Source: Nemertoderma westbladi (lineage: Eukaryota; Animalia; Xenacoelomorpha). From it: DNA of 64,000 nucleotides. The notes under the pieces were generated by a model. That model saw only the letters and a program-made list of their open reading frames with translations, was not told the origin of the DNA and ran no database searches. Position 1 is the first letter of the stretch. Every line of letters begins with the position of its first letter. The position numbers and the translations under genes are program-made. This document shows, piece by piece, positions 11,755-23,415 of the stretch. The stretch covers positions 1 through 64,000 of the forward strand of contig JAUCBJ010001873.1 in assembly GCA_032718475.1 (NCBI GenBank), in the 5' to 3' direction.

Positions 11755-13816
11755 GCCGTGCAGCGCTACTTTACAAGGCGTCTGTTTTTTCGTTGTCATC
11801 TGGACCCAGATATCCCATATATTGAGAGATTGACATATCTAGACCTACAGCCACTAGAACTACGTAGGATACACGCTGACTTGGTATACACTTTTGAGAT
11901 AATGCACGGTCTAGTTAATCTTAGGTGCAATGACTATTTTACCGTAATAAGAAATTGCATTACCAGAGGACATCGTTTTAAAATTCGTGGGTCAAAGTGC
12001 AATACAAACTGTGTTGAGAACGTCTGTTTCAACCGTGTTGTTAAACATATGGAACGATTTACCTATTAATGTGGTGAATACTACTACTACTACGATCGGC
12101 ATGCTGTATTGCAGCTGCATTTTTAAGAATGCTGTGCCGGCTTGTCAACAAAATTGCACCGCCACAACTCCCTATCACCCATGACATTTGCTAGATCATC
12201 CGCATCTTTAAGGCCAGTGTCCTTTAAGATGTGTCTCAAGAAAGTCATGGGCTGTCCACCATGCTTATTCACTCCATGAGGCTGCCAAAGTACAAGATTA
12301 TGCACTGGCTGGTCCTCACGGCGAAAGCAATGTCCTGCAAAGCGGAGGCGATTTTGTTCTAGTGACAAGCTTGGGGGAACCAATGAGACACCTCCAATGT
12401 TATATAGTGTCTGGTTGGAGATGTGTGCATTGTACTTGACACAATGAACCCGGCGTAGCATTCTTGTGAATGTGCCATCCAGAGATTTGGTGTCCTCAGC
12501 AGTTAGAGCCCAGCATGGACTCCCGTAGAGGATTACTGGAACTACTGCTGCTCTAAATAATCGGACCTTAAGTTTCCGATTAATTCTCGGTGACTTCCAA
12601 ATCCTGGAAAGCCTATTCAAGGCTGCCCATGCCTTTCCCTTACGTATTCGAAGGTCCTCACCTGACTTCCGGATCCATGATCCCAGGTAACAGAAGTCGT
12701 CCACATGCTCAAGCATACCATCCTTTGAGCTTATGCTCATCCGATCAGAGACTTGCTGAGGACTTTCAAAGTTAACTGTCAGAATTTTGGTCTTTCTGGA
12801 GTTAATAAAAAGACCAACACTAGAAGCAGCATGCTCCAACGAGCCGAGGAGCCGTTGGGCTCCCTCTAGGCCTCTAATGATTCTGAGAGTACTTTGGCAC
12901 GATTTACTCGACTTCTGGAGCCAGTAGGTGGCGTTATCATCACCCCATCATCATTATGATGATCTAAGGACATGCGTAGAACATAGTCAACCACAATAAT
13001 GAACAAGAATGGTGCAAGTGTGTCTCCTTGGAGGACGCCCCATAACACTTCAAATGGTTCTGTGTCACCGTCAACAGTAGATACAAATGTTGTCAAACCA
13101 TCGTATACTGATCTGATTGCTGCAATAATTTCATCAGGAATCCCATATAATGAAAGTATGCTGAACATACGTGAGCGAGAGACTGAATCAAAGGCCTTGA
13201 AGAAGTCAACAAAGATAACAGCCAGATGCCTGTCTTTCTTTTTTGACAATTCTTCAATTATCCTTCTAAGTGCCAAAATGGGCTCCATGGTCCCACGACC
13301 TTTACGGAACCCATTCTGATTTCCACGGAGCAGTCTCTCAATGGGATCCCTGATGCGATTTAATAGAATCCTATTGTATAGCTTTGCAGCAATCGAGATC
13401 AATGAGATTCCCCGAAAAGAACCATAGAGTGTTAGGTTGCCCTTCTTGGGAACTGGCACCAACTTATTTGTTTTCATTTCTTGTGGGACTCTTGTTGTTC
13501 GGTACATGTCTACTATGATGGGATAGATGAATGTGGTGAATAGTCCGTCTCTTAACGTTTTTAAGTCGAAATTACTTACTGTGGATTTTAAAAAATATAT
13601 AAAATATGGGGTTTGAAATCCGTAACGTTTAATATTGATTTTAACTATGTTTTATTGAAGTGTATAATTTTACTTAATCTTAGTTTAGCTGATGCATAAG
13701 TCACTTTGTGTCATAAATTTTAATGATATAATTGTGTTGTTTGTCATTGTTATGTGTGCTGCACTAGCCGAGTTGTCTCCTCTAATAAATTATCATATCT
13801 TATCTGTATCATATCT
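11755..13816 (+). mobile_element. CR1-like LINE 3' end interrupted by an RTE copy
   Basis: QRYFTRR, YIERL, LELRRIHADL, TRGHRFK, NRVV, WNDLP; resumes after 13542 (SLNVFKSKL); AATAAA and a TATC-like tail at ~13784-13816. Confidence 0.8.
12081..13529 (-). mobile_element. 5'-truncated RTE-clade LINE (same family as 1542..2589)
   Basis: ORFs 12123..12839 and 12866..13507; (TAG)n tail; 13-bp TSD AATGTGGTGAATA at 12068-12080 and 13530-13542. Confidence 0.95.
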
Positions 13817-14439
13817 TAATTTTAAAAACAGTAGCTACCTAAAAAAACAGTAGCTACCATAAAAAACACTAGCTAACGTCTCATAGAAGATGACATTTAT
13901 GTTCTAAAACAAAAAACTTCATGATAATAGCCATTGACATGGTCAAATAAGTGGTCAAAAAGTGGGTACCCATAACATAGTAATGCCGATTAAATTACAT
14001 AATGCATAATAAGGGTTGCGTAAACCCGAAAATTTGCAAAAGAGTAGCTATATTTTTTAAGTGACTGAGTGGTGTATATTTATTTATTGAAAAATATAAT
14101 ATAGAGAAATATTTATTTGTAAGCCACCTGACACACGTATGGTTGGAGTTGAAAGAGATTTTAAAATATAATATAGTTTATGTTAATATATATATATAAT
14201 TTCCAAATTGGGTGACCCATATCGAACCAGTGCCATACATACAATAAGGTAAATAAATAATATATAACAATATTTAACTAATGTATAACTAATATAATAT
14301 GTAACCATAAAATAATATTTCAGATTTGGGATATATATTTATGGAGTTTGCAAGCAGTGTGAATGAAATGTGTTCAACAATGACGGAAGAACAAAAAAGC
14401 GAATTCGACTCAAACGAAGTGGGGATAAAACATTTGAAA

Positions 14440-16076
14440 ACTCACGACTCAACTCATAGTAAGTGTCTCCGTGTTGATAAACTTGATTGTATCAATCATT
14501 TCCACAAGCGGCTCGGGCATTCTCTTCGCGACTTGCGGAAAAAACTAATAATTGAATATAATTTTGAAAAACGCAGGAAAAATAAAAAATAATGGAAAAA
14601 ACCAAGAAAAAAGACGGACCCCTCTAGTAAAAAACAAGAAAATAGGGAAAGAAAACCGATAGTAAAGCAGCCAATTGGTGGGGGAAAACATCGCCTTACC
14701 TTCAATGTCATCGATAAGTTGAGCACTTATATGGGCAATGCGTTGTGTAGATCTATTCAAGAAACAGCTGGTAAACCAGAAAGTGAGCGCATTCATCATC
14801 CGAAGAGGCAAATATTGGCATCTCTAAGGCACTGTGTGCAAGGGAGGTACACCAGCACAACGTCACTCATATTGCCCACCAGGCAAAGACTCATTTTGTT
14901 ATTATTGCAAGAGAACTGGTAAAGTTCAACCAGATAAATTGCATCACCTTGCTTGCTAATTACCTTATATTTTTCTCCTATTTACCCTTATATTCTATAC
15001 GGCTTAGTTGTCTGGGGAAGCACTTATAGCTCTTTAATTAAACCTGTTCGTACTAAAAAGTAAACAAGATCCTCCGCTGCATTACGTTTAACCATTACAG
15101 ATCATCGTCTCTTCCAATTTATCAAAAATTAAATATCTTTCCTCTAGAACGACTATATAAATTCGAAGTCTGTAGTATTATGTACGACATCTTCCACAAA
15201 CTTTCCCACCCTCTCGCGCATTATTACATTAACAAAATAATTCTTAACCACTGGCTTCTCTCTCATTTAATTGCGGTTGTGATAGTTTCGGCCCCAGTTT
15301 AGCTTTTGGATCTGGCTTTTCAGGTTCAATACGACATTTTGACTTCTGGCGCGGCCGGCTAATCTCCACCCACCCCCCCCCCCCCCCACCCCTTCCTGCC
15401 CATTAATTTTTCTATCAACCCCCCTTTCCCTTTATCCATAGGAGAGGCAGGTGCTATTATACTAGCACTGCTATTGCGCCTGCCTACACCTACCAATGAG
15501 CAATAAGCTACTTTGCAAAAGTTAATATTTTACACTGAGTAACAGGTTGGACTTGCGTCCCGGCCAGACTTTTATTTAAAACTAAATTATACCGTATTGT
15601 ATTGTGTATTGTAGGGATGATGATGGTGCGGTTAATTGATAGAATATTCCACTATGAATTGATTGTGGCTTGTGAATTGATTGTGGCTTGTGGCAAATAA
15701 ATTGAAATTAAATTGAAAATTGAATGAGTTATTCTTTACATTTACTTATAATATACAGTCGGCTACTGAAACCTAGTTTGCTTCGGCAAGATCTTTCTGG
15801 ATATACTCAAACCGATCAGAGGGCCTGAATGACCTTGTGTGGAACCGCGCTCCAAATCATAGGTTTTTTGGAGTTGAAAGAATCGAACTAGCAGCGCTGA
15901 GCGCCATTGCATGTTACTATTGGATCGCGGTCACGGTCACTGGTTTTGAAAAAACTGCCAAGTCATGGGTCAAGGCTAAATTCGGAAAGACTTCATGCAA
16001 GTCCGACGTAGCATTCAAAAGGACAGTAAAAAAGACCAAAGAAAAGATCAACACCAATCCAAAATGGAAAAATTAG
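14440..16076 (+). pseudogene. Degenerate Kolobok-type (Mutator-like domain) transposase, interrupted
   Basis: KLDCINHFHKRLGHSLR, GGGKHRLT...IDKLSTYMGNAL, HSYCPPGKDSFC and later VWNRAP..RFFG..RIELAALSAI occur in the expected order; stops and frameshifts are present. Confidence 0.65.
14950..15724 (+). mobile_element. L2/Crack-like LINE 3' fragment inside the transposase relic
   Basis: YPYILYGLVVWGSTY...PIYQKLNI motifs; ends in AATAAA followed by a TTGAAA-like tail. Confidence 0.6.
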
Positions 16077-17187
16077 CAAAAGATTCATATGAGTGATCAT
16101 ATGAGGATTATCCTCCCGGATTATATTAAGTAAAGTCATTCAGTAAAATCAATATCTTTTGATTGATTGATTCTAGTATTGTGATTCCGACATCAGCATT
16201 ATAGTATTTGGTCGTGTATTATACTGCAGATATTCGTTGAATCACACTTTATTCAGTTTTATCTTTCACATTTACGTTATCTTAAAAATAATATTACCAA
16301 ATATATTTTCCAATCAATAAATCAATACAATCAATAAAGCCAATAAATGGAACGAATGTATTAGAAATATCACATTTTCATAATCAGAATGAAAAATACC
16401 TTAGGGAACATATTTTTTAGCCTTCACTAGTAGAAAAGTAATTCAATTGTAATTCAATTGATGTGCTGCCATCTGGGGAAGCGGCATTTACGTTTACTTT
16501 AATTAACCTCCTTATGGTACCTTATTCTAATTTGTATTGGTATCTGTATTTACATTAAGGGGGGGGGGGTAGCGCATTTTCTGACCAAAAAGTCGAATTT
16601 TTGAAACATATCCTATCTGATGCAGAATTTCATGCTGAATCCAAATATGGAAACCGTTTTCCTATATCTTGCTTACTTTTCGAGATATCTGGGATAGAAG
16701 AGACTGGCTCCGATATATCGCGATATCGGTAAGGCGATAAAGTTTGGGGTTTGCATTCAATTTCTGCAAATTTTCTGTGCTCAGTGGTGCTAATCGGATG
16801 TCTCCACGAGAAAGAGCACAAAATTTTAATTGAGAAGGTATTTTTTTATGATTATTGGACCTACTGATCAATTTATAAGACAACTTCATGTCTACGGAAT
16901 GAAGACGGGACTCGAATAAGCGACTCTGCGGTCTTTGCGGGATTACACGGAATAGACTTATCGGTCATCGGAGATCTTCAAAATGTATAATCTCCAGTTC
17001 TAGTGGCCGTACGGAATTCGTTTAGGGCTCATTCGAAAGCTCTTTTCTCAGAGACCAAAGTTACCATTTGGTTTGGCAAACTCTTGAAAGCTGCCTGAGC
17101 AATCATAACTTGAACAAAATTTGCAAGGCATATTTTACCAAAGTTCATGTTATGTTGCTTTAGAACCATTTTGTCTTAAATCAAATC

Positions 17188-18365
17188 ATAACGTTTGTCT
17201 GCAGAATTAAATATTATTTGGCAGTGTTTAGACCCTATATCTCGTTCTTCTATCAACACCATCCATTATGTTTGATAAAATCTATTAGGCAACCATTATT
17301 TACCTTCTGTAGGTAATAAGCTTACTACTTCCGTAACTGTCCAAGTACACATGCCCATACTGGAATTAGCTATAAAACCAAACTGTAATTCATCCACCTT
17401 TGTCCACCTCTAACAATATAATTAATTAGCAATTCAACAGTACAGATGCAATTGCTATAGCACGTTAATTGTCAACACTGGAAATTTCATCACGATTATC
17501 TTTTACTAATGGTACCAATGCAACTAATAATAGGCACTTGGACAGAAAGCCATGAGTAATAAATGTATTAAATAAATTACACAGATGTTCCTTTAGTACC
17601 GGTCCACCATTAATTAAGCTATCAGAATCGAAAGAATAAGATACTCTATAATAAGATAAAATGAATAAGATAAGAAAGAATAAGATAGATTTTATTTCCC
17701 ATTAGATGCGTACGAGCATCATTCATGTATAAGATCATGCATTATGATTATGATTGATTATCATGCATTTGATGTATGCATTATGTATATTTTAGTTACT
17801 CATGAAAGCGTGATTTACTACGGTAGGTAGAAATTCTGGATATACAATTACTACAATACATTCATATAATAATATCCTTGGTAAAATATAAAAAACTACT
17901 ACATTCAAAATCTTGGATACTGTTGTTTATTTCTGAAAAATCCACACCCTGGTCATGGTCATCTTACTGATTATATAGCACTTTATATACTGCACTGAAT
18001 TAATTCGCAACACATTGATTATCAGTCTCCCCTTCAACTGAATCACTAATTATATTAGATTTATATTAGAATTACCACGTAAACTTTTTTATTTGTTTAA
18101 AAATATCGGTACTACCCTTTACTGAGTAAGTAAATTTTCCCTTTTATTTTGTCAGCAAATTTCTTTAAACGCCTCACCAAGTACCGGTACTTGTATTGAG
18201 CACGAGCTCTCTGCTTTAAGTTAAATAATTCACTTTGCCTGCTGTTCAGCTGACCAGCAGCAGCCCACACACTATACCAAAAATCAACTTCATGTTTATG
18301 CGGTCTAACATACTGATTCCATCCCGGTAAAATATTCCCCGTATAACTATTACCGCAGTTACCCG
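17188..18365. repeat. ~1.18-kb direct repeat, copy 1
   Basis: Near-identical to 20726..21901. Confidence 0.95.
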
Positions 18366-20420
18366 TTACGCATTTTATCTAATGAGTGAAGGTTATTTGC
18401 GGACAGGTGGGGCCAGGTCTCTCGCAGTCCGTATGTTATAATTGGCTGTACCTTTAGACAAAATAATGCCATTGCGGTTCTCAAGGAAATCATCTGTGGC
18501 TTTATGAAAAAATTAGCAGCTTTTAGTGCTTTTCAAGTGGTTTCAGTTGTATGCTTTGTAAAGGTGAGTAATGTTTGGAACGTGATACCTAAATATTTAT
18601 AAGAGTTATTTATTGCTACTTCCTAGCCATTGTAGACAAACTTGTCATCTATACAGAGACGTCCTCTATAGTGGAATTTCATAATAGCCGTTTTTTCAAG
18701 GTTTACATCCAGGGCATTTTCCAGGGCCCAGGCTGCCATAGCATCCAACCCTGCTTGAATAACGTCTCTAGAGTCACTGTAGAATAGCACGTCGTCAGGA
18801 AACAGCAAAATAATAATTTCTCCAATATAGCGAGAAAATCTTTTGATGTAATCCACTAAATCGCAGATATACAAAATAAACAAGAAGGGGCTCAGTGTGT
18901 CTCCTTGGAGCAACCCTCTCGACTGCTCAATAATTCTAGAGATTCTTTGGCCATCATTTATTAGAATGTAATTTGTTTTTAAAATAGCTATAATGATTTT
19001 CAGCATCTTTCCTCGTATTTTGAACAAATTCACTAATTTTGATGACAATTTCGATCTCAGTACAGAGTCAAAGGCTTTACGAAAATCAATATGTGCAATA
19101 TAGTGGTTTTCGTGGGGTACTTAGGTTCAGGTATATTCGATTGATAAATTGGGCCAGAGGAGCTGTCGTTGACTTCCCCTGCATGAAACCGAACTGTTCC
19201 TTGGTTGGATTCTGACTGAAAGTAGTTTTCTTAGACATGACTCGAGACCCATGAATATCAGGTATGCGTACATAATAGCGATTTTCCTCTGCAACAATCC
19301 GGATCAGATCGCTTACTTTTCCCCTTATATAGTACTTTCATAATACTTGACTTCCAACGCTTCACCACAGTACCACTGAAGAGACAAGCATTGAATAATG
19401 CTGTGCATAAGGCCAAAATTACTGGGAGGAAATTGTCCGGTCCCCCAGATATCCCATTGTGTTTGCATTTTAGTTGTTTATTCTTAAGCAGTCTTTTATA
19501 ATTGCGTTTCATCTTATATAATTGATCTCGTATTGATATGTTGCTTTTTGCAGCTGTGTTTAGTTCTAGAATAGTTTGCTGTGTGAGTCGAACCATGGTT
19601 TTGTTTTTCGATACGGCGGTTTAGATAGTGGTGCAGCTCCCGTAATGACATTAGCGAGAGTTGCGTATGCCTCAGCTAAGTTAATTTGGTTAATTAGTTC
19701 ATTCACTCACTGTAAATTATCATTGCTTCTCAATTTCTCAATGTCAATTTCTCTCTTCCAGGGTATGAATAATTCACCCCATTCTCGTTGGCTAGCTGCT
19801 TCATCGACTACCCAGGTTGTTGTAACAGGTATGTGCTTCCTAAGTCCATTGGGGTTGTAGGTCATTTTTAATGGTAGTCGATTAGAGAATACTAAATCAA
19901 TCGAACTGCTCTTTATCGTTCTGAAGTTGGAGGTTGAAATCATCCATGAGGGATTCTAATGCCACAGCTTTTGGGCTATCATCAATATCTATACAGGAAT
20001 TAAAATAATATATTATTATGGGGTAACAACTGTAGTTATCCGGTATTTCATCCAGAATATCGAGGACCCGGAGAACCCTAATGATGAGGTCTTCTAGAGC
20101 TGTATCTGGGGCAAAATAGCAGCAGCAGAATATTCCAAAGACAGTAGTAATAGCAACATATGAGCCATTCTTTGATAGCATCTCTGCATTTAGCCAAGGC
20201 TCAACAGCAATTGTTATTCCACCTATTGGGTAACGCATTGGTCCCTTTTTAGCAACTGTTTCAAAGGTGTAGTACCCTGGTATGTCTACTATTCTGATGC
20301 CAACGTTTCTATCAGGAGCAATATGTCACAGTTAAACGTAACATCATTGTGCTTAAACTTTAAAACCGAACGATAACCCATAGAACGACTGCGACCAAGT
20401 CATTCAAAATATAAGAATAT
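18366..20420 (-). mobile_element. Degenerate LINE (APE endonuclease plus RT) between the direct repeats
   Basis: SIDLVFSN, LYKGK..RSDP, QFGFM, IDFRKAFDSV, GLLQGDTLSPFLF, FPDD, VNLEKT; many frameshifts. Confidence 0.85.
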
Positions 20421-20725
20421 TTAAAACAACACTAAACAAAGTAGGTGAAATGACGGAACCCTGACCCCATTACAGAAAATTTATCAGATGTTATATTCCA
20501 CAGCATGAAATAAATTTGATTCCTAAAAATAAAAAACAAACACCTCAGAAGTAATACATTAAATCCTTTCTTTATCAGTTCATTGAAAAGTTGCTTCCAC
20601 TGTACCAAATCAAAAGCTTTGATAAAATATATAAGTAATGAAGAGATGAAGTGGTATACGTAATACTACTGCATTTACATATAGTTCTTACGTTTTTATT
20701 AAACCTGAAGCTGCCTGGTAGGTCG

Positions 20726-21901
20726 ATAACGTTTGTTTGCAGAATTAAATATTATTTGCCAGTGTTTAGACCCTATATCTCGTTCTTCTATCAACACCAT
20801 CCCTTATGTTTAATAAAATCTATTAGGCAACCATTATTTACCTTCTGTAGGTAATAAGCTTACTACTTCCGTAACTGTCCAACTACACATGCCAATACTG
20901 GAATTAGCTATAAAACCAAACTGTAATTCATCCACCTTTTAGGTGTCCACCTCTAACAATATAATTAATTAGCAATTCAACAGTACAGATGCAATTGCTA
21001 TAGCACGTTAATTGTCAACACTGGAAATTTCATCACGATTATCTTTTACTAATGGTACCAATGCAACTAATGATAGGCACTTGGACAGAAAGCCATGAGT
21101 AATAAATGTATTAAATAAATTACACAGATGTTCCTTTAGTACCGGTCCACCATTAATTAAGCTATCAGAATCGAAAGAATAAGATACTCTATAATAAGAT
21201 AAAATGAATAAGATAAGAAAGAATAAGATAGATTTTATTTCCCATTAGATGCGTACGAGCATCATTCATGTATAAGATCATGCATTATGATTATGATTGA
21301 TTATCATGCATTTGATGTATGCATTATGTATATTTTAGTTACTCATGAAAGTGTGATTTACTACGGTAGGTAGAAATTCTGGATATACAATTACTACAAT
21401 ACATTCATATAATAATATCCTTGGTAAAATATAAAAAACATTCAAAATCTTGGATACTGTTGTTTATTTCTGAAAAATCCACACCCTGGTCATGGTCATC
21501 TTCCTGATTATATAGCACTTTATATACTGCACTGAATTAATTCGCAACACATTGATTATCAGTCTCCCCTTCAACTGAATCACTAATTATATTAGATATA
21601 TTATTTGTAGATATATTAGATTATTTGTTTAAAAATATTGGTACTACCCTTTACTGACGCCCGTAGTAAATTTTCCCTTTTATTTTGTCAGCAAATTTCT
21701 TTAAACGCCTCACCGAGTACCGGTACTTGTATTGAGCACGAGCTCTCTGCTTTAAGTTAAATAATTCACTTTTCCTGCTGTTCGGCTGACCAGCAGCAGC
21801 CCACACACTATACCAAAAATCAACTTCATGTTTATGCGGTCTAACATACTGATTCCATCCCGGTAAAATATTCCCCGTATAACTATTACCGCAGTTACCC
21901 G
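20726..21901. repeat. ~1.18-kb direct repeat, copy 2
   Basis: Near-identical to 17188..18365. Confidence 0.95.
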
Positions 21902-22099
21902 ACTAAGGAAGTTCCTTGGCTGCAGTTTCAATTGCATTTAAAATATCCTATCTATATAGTTCAATTTCCACTCGATGGCGTTCATCGGTGCATCAACATG
22001 GAACTCTGTGTATATAGGCGAGTGCGCCGACAAATTAGCACCCGAGTGAATCGATTCAGCTTCAAAACAATTATCATGTATTTTATTACTAAAAATAAA

Positions 22100-22520
22100 G
22101 TGGTCAAGTGTAGAGGTATATGTTGATCTAGAGATACCATTCCACCGTATATGTAAAGAGTATAAAACTCCAGGTTATAGGATCTTACAAAGTACAATAA
22201 AATATGACGCACCGAATCCATTTACTGAAATGCGTAGGCGTATTAAAAGTAAACCCGTGACGGCAACCAGATTTACAACGGATATTATTTATCCTAATCT
22301 CACTTGCCATCCGATTTATAAACTGAGAGATTGTTATATTCCTGATTATTTTCGAATTGCTATGACACGAATACGGCTTAGTTCGCACAATGCCACAATC
22401 TAAGGGTTGAGAAGGACCGTTGGAGCAGGACTCCGAGGGACCAGAGAGTCTGTTCCTGTGACAGCACGTCTGTACAGGACGAGTCTCATGTCCTTCTTTG
22501 TTGCCCAATCTCTTATCCTG
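22100..22520 (+). mobile_element. Degenerate LINE 3' fragment
   Basis: TRIRLSSHN...WSRTPR...LCSC-like...VQDESHVLLCC zinc-motif remnants. Confidence 0.55.
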
Positions 22521-22832
22521 TTATCGCCAATAAATTACTACTACTAACTACATGGAATCCCTATAATTTCAGTGAAAAGTTTTATCCCTTCAAACCCTGA
22601 CCCATCTAAGAAGAAGGGCTTCCCAAAGATGCAACAGGAAGATGGTTACCTTAGGTGCTTCATTGAAATACCTTACACAAGTGTGCAGATGGATTAATTG
22701 GCTGAGCAATGGCTTCAGAACTGATGTTCCAGGTTTTGGGCATCAGTTGGGTAGGAAGGATATTTTTTGCATTTTACATTACACAACAACTTTTACTATC
22801 TTGTATAAGATAGTAAGTAAAAGTTATTTAAT

Positions 22833-23415
22833 TGTGACGGGATCCCGGTTGGCAGAGGATCCCGACCGATCGTCCCTGGTGGTTGTTCCCTACGCGCACG
22901 CTGGCTAATGGCTGACTGGTGGTTCGACTGACTGACTTGGCCGTAGGCCGGTGAAATAAAGCGTTTCTTTGGTAAATTTACTGTTAATCAAGTGACTGAT
23001 GAATAGATACCAGTAGTGATGATAGTCCAGCGATCGAAAACTATTACTGCTATACTGGAATATATGCCAACTAAACTATAATACACATGACCATTAATAT
23101 ATATGTAAAAGGGGGAAATATATTGCACATAGGCTAACACGTTTTTCGGCCTCTGTTCGATACACTCAATTTGCCATGTGCTGCTCTCCCATTGGCTGGC
23201 TTATCACCCCAGAATCTACCTTCCTTAGGCCCCTGCTAGCCTCTATGTATGAGGTTATGTATAATATATCTCTCATTTGTTATGTCATGATTTTCTTTCA
23301 CTTATTCTTCTCATTATTTCATATATCTTTCGTAGGACGACTTTCACTCAGTGCATTATTCTGTATCTTGTTTTATTCATTATGTTTAGCTTAGTCAATA
23401 AAATCATACATCACA
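22833..23415. mobile_element. Solo LTR (Gypsy-like)
   Basis: TGTGA...TCACA termini; 4-bp TSD TAAT at 22829-22832 and 23416-23419; AATAAA near the right end. Confidence 0.7.

Larger units (their letters stand above)
7332..16498. mobile_element. Possible large Kolobok-type DNA transposon relic containing nested insertions
   Basis: About 50-bp inverted repeats (7332-7382 and ~16448-16498) reading TTAA|AG...CT|TTAA enclose transposase remnants at 14440-16076. Confidence 0.4.
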
